64,000 nucleotides of DNA from Lama glama. Its lineage: Eukaryota. The number at the start of each line of letters is the position of its first letter. Positions within the stretch are counted from its first letter, which is position 1. A program made the position numbers and the translations under genes. The stretch is taken from assembly GCA_028534125.1 (NCBI GenBank), contig CM052818.1:37326001-37390000 (forward strand). The letters are read 5' to 3'. The notes beneath the pieces were generated by a model, which worked only from the letters and a program-made list of their open reading frames with translations, was not told where the DNA came from and did no database searches. This document shows positions 23,941-37,234 of this stretch, in pieces.

Positions 23941-26900
23941 TTTTAAATTACTTCAAAATTTACTGTATTATTTTAGAAAATATTTGATCCCAGGCTGTGT
24001 GTGTATGTGTGTGTGTATCTTATAGGGGATGGAAACCCTGCTCAGTCACTGATTCCAGTTTTGATTCTCATTTTTGTAAGGGACACTTTTGTTCCCTATA
24101 CCTAATTGAAACTCTGGCCAGGCCTGTCAGATTCCAGACTTGGCAACTTTCAGAACAATAGCTTTGGCTTTTGATCTGTTTTTCTATTTCTGGTCTGTGG
24201 GATTGTTTACCTAGTTTTGAACTAGAGCTGTGTTTAAAATACATTTATCTTATATTTGATCTATTACTATGACAGAGGAGGATGATTTTGAAGCCTGAGT
24301 CCTTTGGAATTGAAATTCTGAAGTTTATTTTAATCTGAACTTTGACTTTTGGACATTCTTGTTATAAATAATGACGTATACAAATCACATTTAACCCCTG
24401 TTATACCATATTTTTCCATGGTGAATAAAATTATATATTTACACTTAATAATGGAGAAACATTTTTAATAATTATGACAATCTACTCAAAGAGACCTTCC
24501 TCAGTCCCTGTAAGAGATTACCACTCCATATTGCCTTATAAACTATCTTAGTTACAATGTCACTTTATCTAACTCCTAAATGTTATAATATCTGAACGGT
24601 TTCCCGTAACATTTGGAATTGTGAAAGTTCAAAAAAGAATAAGAGGGTTGGCCATTATGTGCCTGATAGAATTTGTTGGGTGCCAAACCCTGTTGAAAAT
24701 GAAAGGCAAAAATAGCCACATTTGCAATATGTTCAAATTATAATGATAGGTCAGACACTAACATGAACAAGTAGATAACCTGCAGTACCATAGTATATTC
24801 TGTACCCTATAGTATGCAAGTGATTAGAAAATACACAGCAGTTTTTGTCCCAGCATAAAATTAACCTAGAGTACCATGTCTTTAAAAATCTAGCAGATTT
24901 TTCAGTTTCCCAGCTAGCATACATATTTTCATTTCTGGATTCACAGGCTGCAGGATGGGATGGGAGGAGCTGAACTTAGAAGCTTTGAAAACTGTTTTTA
25001 AAAATAATTCTTCCATAAGTATACTTTCACAAAGAAATAAAATATCTTAATGGTTAAAATGATCATGCACTCAAAATAATAGTTGGTACTTAGAGAGTGT
25101 CTTTTCCTTACATATGAATTATAACCAAGAAAAATGGTAGCTTTACCTTACAGATAGAAGATCTTAGAAATGGAAATGTTTCATTTGGCTGCTCTGGTGA
25201 CAGACCCAGAAATGAGTGTTGAAGCTCATATAAGAACCTGGAACTTTGACAAGAATCCTCTCCCTTTCCATTTTAGGTCAGTCTCTGCCTCTAAAAGCTG
25301 GCTAAACCCTCTCTGGTCCTCCCGGGATTACTGGCCTGTAACTTCCACCCCGTATGTCTTCTGCCCTGAGTGATGCTTTAACCAGTACCATGAAAATTCA
25401 CTACAGAAAGCAAAAAGAAGGCAATGAGATGAGCATTTAATTCCGATCCTTTGGCCCTTGAAAGTATCCCGCGGATTTCTGCCTGGGCGTGTTAAGGGGC
25501 ATAGAAAGCAACGCTCCTGTTAGACAGTAAACTGCACGCAGGGCTGTATGATCTCCTGCTTTCTTGCTGTCTTTCCCTGTTTGCCTCCAGAAGCTGCCCA
25601 GCAGTAGAGGCTGGCAGGCTTGCATTCCACCTGAAGCTTAAGAAGTCATCTTTGGGTGACTCTGCTGTCAGCACGGCTATTTCAGAGGAGGGAAGGGGAC
25701 AAAGGGATTTGCTCTTCTACCAAAAGGCATTGTTCCAGGATGAGAGGGCTGGAGGAAGAGAAAAGGATGCTTGACTCCTTAAGTGCCTGCCTTTTCAGCA
25801 CAAGGCAAACTGCTGCTGTGATTGTCTCTGTAATCCACTTTGGTACAGATACATAATAGACATTATATATAATGCATGCAAGAAGTCAGAAAGCCAGAAA
25901 GTTCTCTGACACTAACACCTTACAACTTGATGCTAAAGAAAATATCCTTGTGAGATGAAAAGTGTGCCTTTCATAGAAATTGCTCCTCCGGTTCCCTAAG
26001 TTTAACTGGCAGGCTTAGCATTTCATTCCAATCTCACATAGCGACTGATTGCTCGGGGCATCATATTCCTTTAAAAGTCACATCTTTACTGCTTTTCAGT
26101 AATTGCATTCTGTGTGTGCAGTGATCTGAATGCTATTTGAGGGAAAAGGGCATAATATTACATACATGTTAGAGAAAGGTGCTAAACCTCTGCCCAGTTT
26201 CCTGATGTTTGCTGATTCTACTGATGTGGATTCAATAATAATATAGCCACATTTTTAAATTGTATTACTCTGGTTTATAGTTTCTTTTTTTTTAAAAGAA
26301 AAATAAGCCTATTTAAATCTTTCATTCATAGTTAATTAAGTGGTTGAAATGGTCAATCAAAGACTTACCATAAATTTCTAAACTACTGCAGTGTTTCTTG
26401 CAAAACATCTAGAAGCCAATAAATGAATTAAAGAAGATATTTAATGCTGAACAGAGCATGCATTAAAAAAAATATAAACAATCCTTGGGAAACATACACA
26501 TGTGGAGCAAGCTGGCAGTTTATTAGAGCCCAGAGTTAAAAGTCCAAAGGAAGAGTAGTGACAGAAGGACACTGAGGCCATGAAAACAGGAGTACAGGTT
26601 CAATTAATTTATTGACATAATTAGTACATAGTTATTAATAACATTACAGAAGCAGTTGGCAAGTGAACATACATGGACACCATTTGAATGAATTCAAAAG
26701 AACTCTGTACTTACCATAATTAAATTATTCGTTCTGAGAACGCCACATAGACTATGGAAGCCATCACAGCGGGCCAAAAGTCATGCATCCAATTTATTTT
26801 CTCACTAAAATAAAATGTCTGGAATTTTTATATCTTATGAAGCTGAATCTATAGAGCAGAAATGATTATGACTACCAGGATTGAGTGGCTTACATGTCAT

Positions 26901-27789
26901 TTCAGCATTTGTGAAAAAAACATGGACCAGATCACCTCATAGTTTATAAAAAAAAAGCAGAGAAACATAAAAATAAAATTTCTTAAATGAAATCAGTCTC
27001 TGGGCAAGCAAATTCTCCACTTCTATATCTTTGCCCCTGAATAAACATGTAAACATAAGAGCTAAAGTATTAATTTCAGGTTTTCTAAAGACAACACAGA
27101 GTTAAGCACACTGTGAAGAGAATAATCCCAACTGTAGGTAATAGAATTAAAAAAAAAACTTTTCCTTTCTTTCCTTTAATTATGTTTTTAATGCTCTTTG
27201 CTTTAATCCTGCACTGTTTTTGTTCACCTGGTGAGAAGAATGCAGACTTTAATCAGTGAGATGGATTTCATTCTAATGTAGCTGTTGTATATTGGCTTGC
27301 TAACCTCAGTGACACTTGTAAGCAAACAAACCCAACAATTAAGAAGAAAAAATATATTATTTAGGGAAAAATTCAGACTCTGGAGATTTTAACCAAAAAA
27401 AAAAAAAAAGGAAACGTATATTAAAGGAGAATTTCTTCAGCATATACTTTCTGCAGAGGGAAGTGAATCTTGGAATGTTTTGAAAGATATGGATTTGCAT
27501 ATAATCGGGTAACACTGAGTCCTGTTGGGAGTGGGGGTGCTAGATATGGGAGGGGATTTTCACGCCATGGCTGTGGTTGTCTGGAAATCTGATCAAGATA
27601 TTTGGAATACTATTAGTCTTAGCAGAATATCTGTGGGATCAGGAAATTAAGAAATGAGTTTCTGGAGGTGGTTCCTCCTTGGTTCTTAGCCTCTTTGGAT
27701 TTCTGAGTGTCTGATAAAATCTATGTTTCTTGTAGCAAAAGAATTGACATATTTGTGTACAATGTGCAGTAACAAGAAGATAAGCTTTA

Positions 27790-28015
27790 ATAATAATGCC
27801 TAATATTTATTTGCCAACCACTTGCTGACATTTTTCTGAGCACTCTTCCCATTTAGTTAACCCAGTTAATCCTCCCAACATCACTCTATATAAACATTTT
27901 TACAGATGAGAAAACTGAAGGAGAGATTAACTGTCCAAGTTCAAACAGCTGGGAAAGGTGAAGCTGAGTTTATTCGGGCTCTAGTCTGGGCTCTTACCTG
28001 CTTTGCAACACTGTT
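27790..28015 (-). mobile_element. MIR
   Basis: Core cattttacagatgagaaaactgaagg plus ttaatcctcccaaca. Confidence 0.75.
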
Positions 28016-28794
28016 TCTCCATCAGATCTTTGAGACAAGACAGCTCTTCTCAGCGTGGGCAAAGGAGTTGGCACTACCTCTCTGCTCCTCCCACTAATCA
28101 ATGGTTAAGTTGCATACAGGGCCAGATGAGTGAGGGCATTGTAAGTACCAGTTAGCCACGGAGTGTCTAGCCCGCTGTCTCAACTCTCCTGAATCTGTAT
28201 TCCCATAACCTGTCAGCCTGAGGCCACCAGTGCACTCTGACTGGTCTCACTGGTGTTTGCCTCTGTCCAACCCCATCCTGAAAAATTTTCTCATGTTGCT
28301 TTAGACACTGTGGACACTGTCAGAAAGCCCAGGAACCTGTATAGGATCTTGGGTCTTCAAGAGATGAGATCTACAGGCCAACTCCTCTCCAGGCTATGAA
28401 AGGACATTTCCTGGTGCAATGCTGATAGTGTATGGGAGAAAGTGGTGCCTGTCCTCACTGAGGGTACAGAACCTTGTGGACATCACAGGTCCTGGCTGTG
28501 TACCCTGGTCAGCTGAGCCCTACATCAGTGGTGGTCTGAATTTTAGGGGGCAGGAGGGTACAGCTGAGTCTTGAGAGCTGGGCAGCAGTGAGAAAGGCCC
28601 TCCTGTCTTTCATTCAACTTCATATGCTTGGGTCAGTGCTGCCAGGAAACCTTGAGATGAGTATCATGTTCTCCTACACGTAGACTCGGAGCCTTCTCAC
28701 TCTTCCTGACCTAGGAGGAAATCCCTATTTCATTAAAAAAAATCTGTATGTGGCTCTGGAATACAGAATTAAAGTGGGCTTTTCATTTTTTCAC

Positions 28795-29335
28795 TGAGTT
28801 TTTTTTATTGAGGTGTAATTTTCTTGCAGTGAGGTGCCGATATTCTAAGCGTGCAAGGAATTCAGTTCTGACAAATGTGTACTCCTGTGTAACCCACAAC
28901 CCTCTCAATAGAGTGAACATTTAAATAATCTTGTACAATAGATTGGGCATTTACATTCCTTTCTCAGACAATCCTCAACCCTTCTCCACAGGAGGCAACC
29001 TGTGATTTCTTTCATCTTGGATTAGTTTTGCCTATTCTGGAACTTTGTATCACTGAAACCATATATGACTTCTTTCATTCACTGTAATGTTTTGTTTTTT
29101 TTTTTGAGACTCACTCGCGTTGTTGCATGTATCAGCTGTTTGCTCCGTCTTACTACTGGGTGGTGTTCCATTGTATGACTACACCACGGTTTGTTGCTGG
29201 ACAGATGGATGATTGGCAGTTTTTGGCTGTTACGAATCAAGCTGCTATAAGCGTTCTTGTCCAAGACTTTTGTGGACACAGCGTTTCATTTCTGTGAGTA
29301 GAGCTGCCGAGTCACACACGGCAATTGTTTTTGTA
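28795..29335 (-). mobile_element. Old L1 (L1MD/ME-like) 3' end
   Basis: tttattgaggtgtaatt...tgacaaatgtgtactcctgtgtaaccc...gattagttttgcctattctggaacttt...ttttgtggacacagcgtttcatttct. Confidence 0.8.
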
Positions 29336-30689
29336 GGGTAGACAGGAGGTGTACAGGTGGAAGGAGTGAGATATCCCAGGCCAGCAGAATGATTTGAGCC
29401 ATCGTACCCAGTGCACAGAGGCGTCGTCATATGTTCACGGCGAAAGTAGAACTAATCACAGAGTAGGAGGCAGAACTGCCTGGACGTGGCTGAGTGCCCG
29501 TCCTGGATCTGTTTACTTGAGTATGCACTTGTTCTTGCTACTTGTTTCATTAATGACCTCAAATCCCACAGGTGTTCTAATTGCCCTGGAAAGACCACTG
29601 TGATTATCTTTATTATACAGTCCCATGGAAAGAACCATGCTCCAAGTGGCGCCTAATCATGACTGGCTCCTACTGATCTAATTACGGCTTGCTCTGGGAC
29701 ACACCCCTGAATAGCTTGCGATTTCTCTTACTTCTCGTAGGCAAATGACACGAGATGGTGGCCCTGCGTGACTGCTCAGAGACAGACGGTGGAACTTCCT
29801 GGGAAGATATGGCCGTATCATTTTTTTGGCAGTGTGACATGTCTTGATCTCTTTCAAGGGCATTTGGAGGTTGCTGCAAGAGAGAGCACTGTCCCATGGG
29901 CCAGACACCTGCCTGTGGTGGGAACGCAAATCCCAGCCCTCCGATTCCTAGAGCGCAGGGCAGCCTGCACACACTGCAAAGTGCACTGGAGATGGAGTGG
30001 GGTCATGAGATGAGAGGGAACCTGCATTTAGATGATGAGTGATGTATGCTTGTCTTAAAGACTTTGGGTTCACATTATCAGGTACCCAGGAAGCTAAATT
30101 AGCCTGTACTCCGCGGGCAGCAAATAGGAGATGATCTTTTTTGCCCAAACCTTGTGAGTACTGAGTAATGTTCACCAGTCCCCTTCTACAGCAGTTACCC
30201 AAACTCTCACTTGGTGTGTTTTCAGTGCTTCTGTTTGTTTTATTTTGTTCTGTTTTTAGTGGGTGGCTGAATGAAATTTGTCATTATCTTCCTTTCCCAA
30301 GTGCTCGGGGGTCACCTTACTCATAGGGTGTCAGGGATACTTTACTGATTTCAGGATCATCCCCAAAGTCACTTGATGTCTCACCTTACGCCTTGGCCAT
30401 TCACGATTCTGCCCTGGCACTTGTATTTTGCAGAAGCTGAGTCTTGGTAAATGTTGTTGGAGCTGGAGGTCCTGAATTGTCTCTAAAAAGCCCAAATCTC
30501 TATTCTCAAAGAACAAGTTCTTAGAATTGCTCTATTGACAAATCCTCTGCTGTTTAGGGACTTAATCATGATGCCACAGCAAAAATGTAACAAAATCAGA
30601 GGTGGAAATTAGCTTTCCTCCCCCAGGATGGAAAGAAAGAGGCCTGGATTCAGTGTTCAAAATGAGGGATTTTGGACACATTAAAAAAT

Positions 30690-31094
30690 TTCTGGTCGGT
30701 AATTAGAGCCTGAACGACTTAAAACAACAAGCATTTATTTTCTCACAATTCTAGGGACTAGAAGTCTGAAATCAAGGTGTCCACAGGGCCATGCACCCTC
30801 TGAAAAGTCTTGGGGAATCATTCTGTGCCTCTTCCTAGTTTCTGGTAGTTTGCCAGCAGTCCTTGGTGTCCCCTGGCTTTAGCTGCATAGCTCCACCCTC
30901 TGCCATGACCACCGCGTGGCTTCTCCGTGTGTTCCTGTGTCCATCTTCTTTAAGGGGACCGGTCATACTGGGACTAAATCATCTGAAGTAAACATCTGCA
31001 GTGGCCTTATTTTCAGATCAGGTGACGTTTGGAGGTCCCGGCGGTTAGGACTTGAGCCTGCCTTTTTTTGAAGGGTACCATTTAACCCACAGCA
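30690..31094 (-). mobile_element. MLT1B/C-like MaLR solo LTR
   Basis: ttaaaacaacaagcatttattttctcacaattctagggactagaagtctgaaatcaaggtgtc...accatttaacccacagca. Confidence 0.85.
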
Positions 31095-32087
31095 TTGATA
31101 CATTGAGTATGACACAGACCACACCCTAGGATGGGCAGTTTCTTGGGCAGTCTTTACAAACGGGAATGCTGAAACTGACAGGGAGAGTTCCTGGGAAGAA
31201 AGGGAACGTTCGAACGTTCAAACGTTCAATGTTCCACGAGACACAGACCCTGTAGCTCCGGAGCAATCACAGGCCTGAGATTAGTTCCTGACTATCAACC
31301 ATGAATCTGTTATCATTTTTTTTTTTTTGCTCTGAACACTTGCTTCTAATTATGCCCCTTTGATGTTTGCACTTCTCAAACGTCTTGAACCTAAGTTCAT
31401 TTCCATTTCTCACACTTCTCAACGTTGTTAACACAAGCCGAACACAATTCTGTTCTTTCTGGGCCTGTTTGGTTAGTCAGAGCCTACAGCAGCTTAATAA
31501 TTGTAAGTTGCTCTTTTCTTCCTCCTCCTCAGCTGGCAGCTTCCCTAGCACAAAAAATCTCACCTTGTGCCTCACAGAGCAGGAACAAAGAGGTGGCCAC
31601 CTGTGCGGTGTGTGAAGGAACTTCTGACACATTTAATTTCATCTGGAAGCTGAGTGTCCGTGTCAGCAACTTTGTTCCAAATGGCTCCAGGGAAACCTGA
31701 GTTTTGTCTTGATAGCTTTTCCTTGTATTGTACGCTTTGTTTTTCCATTTCTTTCACTAAACACAACATGGACAGAAGCCCATAGTTTTTGCACCTTTTA
31801 TATAAGCTTTTTGGTGATTAAAACCCTAGGGTGTTGAGTTAGTGTAAATGTTAAAAATGTGTACCTGGAGAACAGTAAGAGCTTTCTCTCTGCTCATTTT
31901 TCAAGCAAGCTGTGAATAATGCTGGATTGGAGACTCTGGGAAGCCAGGGCACACTGATTATAGCCCATGCGGTGATATTGTAAGTTTTCCCAAACTTTGC
32001 TGTGTTAGTGCCTCCACATCATTTCTGAGAAAGAGAAAAAAGCTCAGCTCTCCTACTGGCCTCAGGAATACTGGAAATTTAGTGAAC

Positions 32088-32661
32088 TGTAACTATTAAA
32101 ATATGGACATACATTAAGCATGTCTTTTTATTCTGATGCTTTGACATCTTGGGGTCTCCCTGACACTGGAAGGGACTTACCCTTCCCAAAGTTAGCTAAT
32201 CCCTCGAGGTAGCAAATAACTTGTCCACCAAGGAGTGGGCTTTTCATAGGCAAACTAACCAATCTAGAATCCACGCCTCCTTTATCATTCTCTCACCCTA
32301 GGAGCCACTGTCCCCCACCCTAGTCACCTCAAGACTAGGTATCTTAGAACCAGGGCAGCCCTGCACGCTGGATGGAGCCTGCTGAGGTTTTTCCGTCTAG
32401 CCTGTCCTAAACCCATCTAACCAGCTTACCCTGCTTCGCCCATTTCTTCCTATAGAAAACCACAATGAAGGCTCCTGCCCGTATTTTCCCCTTTCTGCCT
32501 CTGCCTCCTGACCCACCCTGGTGCTTCAGTGTGTGGCCCTGCAAGGCTGCTGACCCTCCTGTGTCTAGGGATATATGAGTATAAAAACTTCTTCCTGCAA
32601 CTAAGTGTCTCTGTGTGTTTTCATATCTGACTAGAACAAATGCCAAGTACATTTTAAAACA
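32088..32661 (+). mobile_element. ERV1-type solo LTR (MER90-like)
   Basis: TG...CA termini; MER90/MER34-group-like motifs ttctgatgctttgacatcttgggg, gcaaactaaccaatctaga and gaaaaccacaatgaaggctcctgccc. Confidence 0.7.
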
Positions 32662-32783
32662 GAGTGCATGAAGATTTACTCAAAAGTCACTCAGATCATT
32701 TTGAGATGTCTTTCATTGCTTATAGCCAACTCAGTGACTGGCTCAAAGGTGACTTTGACCAAGCTCTCCCAAAGGAAGAAAGA

Positions 32784-33768
32784 GATTGCTTCCAAATCTT
32801 GGCAATTGTAAATAATGCTGCAAAGAACATAGAGGTACATATATCTTTTTGAATTAGTGTTTTCTTTTTCTTTGAATAAATACCGAGGAGTGGAAGTTCT
32901 ATTTTTAATTTTTTTAAATTTAAATTATTTTAAATTTTCCTCAGCCATAAAACAATCTTACCATTTGCGACAACATGGACCTGGAATGTATTATGCTAAA
33001 TGAAATAAGTCAAACAGAGAAAGACAAATACTATATGTTGTCACTTACATGTGGAATCTAAAATACAAAACAAATGAACAGAAACAGAATCATAGATACA
33101 GAAAACAGATAGTTTCCAGAGGGGAGGGAGCTAGAGGGAGGGGAGAAGTGGGTGAGGGAGATTAAGAAGCATAAACTTCCAGTTGCAAAATAAATAAGTT
33201 ACGAGTCTGAATGTACATTGTGGGGAATATAGTCAGCAATTATGTGATGTCTTCGTATGGTGGCAAATTGTAACTAGACTTACCATGTCGATCGTTTTGA
33301 AATGTACAGAGGTATCAAATCCCTGTGTTGTGCACTAGGAACTAACATATTGTTGTAGGTCAATTATACTTCAAAAGCAGACAAACTGATAGAAAAAGAG
33401 ATCAGATTTGTGGTTACCAGACATGGGGGAGGGGGCAGTGGGGGCAGGGGAGTTGGAAGAAGGCAGTTAAAAGGTACAAACCTCCAATTACAAGGTAAAT
33501 AATAAGTAGAGAGGTGATGTACAGGACAAATATAAATAGCACTGATGTACCTTATATATGAAGGTTGTGAAGAGTAAATCCTGGGAGTGCTCATCACAAG
33601 GGGAAAATATTTTTCTCTATATCTTTAATTTTATATCTATCTGAGATGACGTTCACTTAACTAATTGCGGTAATCATTTCATGATGTATGTAAGTCAGAT
33701 CCTTATGCTGTGCACCCTTATACAGTGCTACGTGTCACTTGTATCTCAGACTGGAAGGAAAAAAAAAG
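32784..33768 (+). mobile_element. 5'-inverted (twin-primed) L1 insertion
   Basis: 32784-32915 is antisense ORF2 C-terminus (KLKIEL..PLLGIY..KDICTSMF.AALFTIAKIWKQ); 32940-33768 is the downstream sense portion (SAIK..PFATTW..3'UTR) ending in an A-rich tail. Confidence 0.85.
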
Positions 33769-33963
33769 GAGACCCAATATGTATTCTGAGCCTTGTGTCT
33801 GCTTCAGGAAATCACTGAGGCTTGCTGGGCTATTCCGAAAGGGGTAATGTGGCGCAGAGAAAGGCCTTCCTGCTACAGATGGTCTGGGTCCATTTCTCTG
33901 GCTGCTGTGGGCTTCTTCTAACGACATTCCCTTCTACTTCAGTCTCCTTTTAAATGGGTCACT

Positions 33964-34111
33964 TGGGCTGAGACTAGGGTGAAGCCAGCTGGGTGCCTAG
34001 GGCACACATTTTAAGGAGGTGCTCGCTGTCAGGATTAACCAAGGGAGAGTGAGTGCTTCCTTAAATTTTGCACCGAGGCTGCCTTGCTTACCTCCTCCTG
34101 TTCCCAACCCT
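33964..34111. mobile_element. MER91A-like hAT-Tip100 MITE (palindromic)
   Basis: Inverted arms gggctgagactagggtgaag...cctagggcacacattttaaggaggtgctc and gagtgcttccttaaattttgcaccgagg...cttacctcctcctgttcccaaccct. Confidence 0.75.
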
Positions 34112-35911
34112 CACTACTAGAAGAATCTAAGACTGAAGACTCCAGGCTTTGACTTTCCTCTGTGCTATTATGTTTAGATAAATCATCATGTCTGATGGTC
34201 ATCGGAATTATGCAGGAATTAAATTGAAACTGAACATGATCCTTATCCTCTAATACATATTAGGCTAAAGTTAATAGGACAAGTACTAGATACATTGTTC
34301 ATCCAAATATATTCAGTGGGGCTACATCTCAAATCTGGATTTTGGGATCATGGCAGCAAAAGTTAGATAGAAGTGTCCTGGCATCTGTCTCCGTGGAAGG
34401 AACTTTTTTGAGTAATAAAACTGTACAAGGGAAAAGAGAGAGGTAGTCACCCCTCCTTTGTGTTACTGAGCACATGGTTCATCCCCCCCCCCATTACATG
34501 TAGCTTTATGTGGTACTCAGATTGTTTATGTTTCATCGTTTTTGCTTGATGAACTGTTCAAGGGCAAAAAAACATTCTTAGTCTTCTCTGTTTCTCCAGT
34601 ATCTGGGACATACCAGACACTCAAAAAATACATGTATGCAGGGAAAATTCTTTATTGAATGAAGTTATTTTTAAAGCATTTTAGATGTACAGATTTACCC
34701 TGTAAGTAAATAATTCTGTGAAACTGTGGAGACTACAAATCCTTCTCTCTCTTTCTCAATACAGGTGCTACTTACAGGTCCACAGTGTAAGACTCATTTT
34801 TCCAATAAAGCTATAAAGTCCTTGAAGGCAAAAACATATGTTTTCTGCTTTGCATATATCTCCAAATCGTCTAACAAAGGGGTGTGAATTTATTGATTTT
34901 ACCTCACCTTGGTGAAGAAAAAAAGAACACTCTACAAAACGATCATTTTGTGACTATGTAATTCCAAATTATTATGCATTCCACATCGCGTGGTGGCTAT
35001 CAACTCTACACATTGGGTACCTCCCGATTTCCATTTTTAAACTAAATTTCAATCTTTGGGAGTGGTTGCTTTGCCATTATGCATATCTTTTTTGTTGTAT
35101 TTTTAAATTGAGTAAAAAAAATATATGGTAGGGTAAATGACATAGTCCTAGGATTTCAATGTGTTATTTGAACAAAAAGTATGATATTCACAAGATGCAA
35201 TGGAGCGTGTCTACTTATCTGGCTGTGCAAACTTATGAGCCTGATAACAATGGCGATGAAACACTTTTCGCATGAGTGATCCTTCAGGGGTTCTTCTAAT
35301 AGCTGTGGTAGGAGACTTGCACTTGGAGATTGGAGTTTTTCTGCTGAATAAAACTGCATACTTTTAGCTTCTCTACTGATCTGAATTCTGACCTGAAGCC
35401 TTCTCCCCATACATATCTTGGACTGGCCTCTCAATTTTGTTCCTTTCTCATTACATGACTTTTACTCACCTGTGTATATTCATTTGTATTAAATTTCTAT
35501 GCATCTACCCAAGTGATGACTTCTTAAAAGATGCAATAGCACAGAGATACCTGCCTTTCACTACACAGTCAATGTATTTATATTCATGGCTTTCTCGCCT
35601 TTATTCCTCCTGATGAGTTTTGAAATGTGTCTACATCTTTCACTTATAACCATTTCTCCTTTTTGATATATCTTTAGGTGTCCTGTCAACCCTTCATGCA
35701 AAAGATGTTCCTTCCAGAATCAGAGACTTCTCAGCCAGGAATGCAAACCAAACATAATCTGCACTCACATCTGGCATCTCCCTTCTTGCCTTGATGTCCC
35801 AGCCAGAACAGTGATTCCTGCACACATCCAGCCACAGGCACTCCCCTGGGTCTTTGATCTTCTCCCTTTGCCAGAAATGCTCCTTACCCAGTCACCCTCC
35901 CCTGACCTGTC

Positions 35912-36073
35912 TGTCTGTTTGTTTGTTTGTTTGTTTGTGTTTTGTTTTGGGGGGATAATTAGGTTTATTTATTTTTATTGTTTCTTTTTTACTTAACGGA
36001 TGTACTGGGGATCGAACCCTAGACCTCGTGCATGCTAGGCGTGTGCTCTACCACTGAGCTGTAACCTCCCCCC
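35912..36073 (-). mobile_element. tRNA-derived SINE, Vic-1-like (camelid)
   Basis: Minus strand reads ggggggaggttacagctcagtggtagagcacacgcctagcatgcacgaggtctagggttcgatccccagtac (A and B boxes), then aaataaacctaattatcccccc and an (AAAC)n tail; TSD gacctgtc at 35904-35911 and 36074-36081. Confidence 0.9.
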
Positions 36074-36439
36074 GACCTGTCCTTTTAATCCAGCATAAAT
36101 CCCCTGGACGTTACACACATTCCTCTAACTGAGCTTAGGACATGTGGCTTTGTACAAAAACGCTTCTCTGTTTCCTCCCATGCTCTGAGATGCCAAGTGC
36201 CTCCTGCACTGAGGGCTGAGCCTCCATTTGTTTTCCCGGGAGTATGAACAAAATGCTGAGACACGGGAGCATGTGTTCGTTGAATTGGAAAGGGTTGCTG
36301 TCTTTCAATTGTGTTGAGTTTACCCTGAACCAAATACAGTACTGTGGCCCCAGTCACAGTTTATGGACTGGACTTGGCCAGCATTTCGCCCACCTGCTTC
36401 ACATAAAAGGAGTACATTGTAGATGTTAAAAGGATGGAC

Positions 36440-36575
36440 TGGGGTTGTGCTGCCAGAGTACACTTTGGGGCTCTGCCACTCCCTAGCTGAGTGCCTCTGG
36501 ACAAGTCACTTCAAGTCTCTGGACTGCAGTTTCCTGACCTATGGAATATGGAGGACAATGGCATGTATCCATGAT
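36440..36575 (+). mobile_element. MIR fragment
   Basis: ggctctgccactccctagctgagtgcctctggacaagtcacttcaagtctctggactgcagtttcc. Confidence 0.7.
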
Positions 36576-37234
36576 AATCATTTATTTTGCCTATTTCCTT
36601 AGCATTTAAAGTAAATTAAAAAATACTAATTATGGAAATCCATTCCACTCACACCCTTTCTCCTTTGCATTTGAAACACGGATATCACTATTTCTCAATC
36701 TGGGGATTCATTCTATGCTTTTCAGGGTTCAAGTCAATTTATTTCTGGATTCAGAGTATCGTGACTCCATTTTTTTTTTTAAAGCTCCCACCTTCTTTCT
36801 TTTACAGTCTTTGTAACCAGGGTCTTCCCTTCCAAGTCTTTCTCCCAATCTCTTTTACCCTGCCCACCCATTTCAGAATCTCATCTTTCCTGAAGCCAGG
36901 GCCATTCTGAATAAGGAGATGTTATTAGGATGGATGAACCTTATAACCCATGCTGGGATCAACTAAAATGTAAAAGAAAAGCACAGATTATGAGGATTAA
37001 CATGGACAAGGAATCAGTGATGCTACTCCAGGCAGAAGGACACAGCAAGGACAATAAATGTTACCACTGAGGGGCGGTATTCCTCAGGCCATTCTCCACA
37101 GTTAAGACTAACTTTTGTCTACTTTGATTTCCACGTGGCAGGTTTTTGGAGCTCTCATTTTGTTAGCTTTCATGGTCTCTGATATATTTCTCATGATTTT
37201 AAAGAAGAAAGATGTGCCGTCCTAATTCGGGAAT

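Noticed and set aside
35995..36073. tRNA gene
   Set aside because: It is the tRNA-like head of a SINE, with a tail and TSD; there is no proper acceptor stem or terminator.
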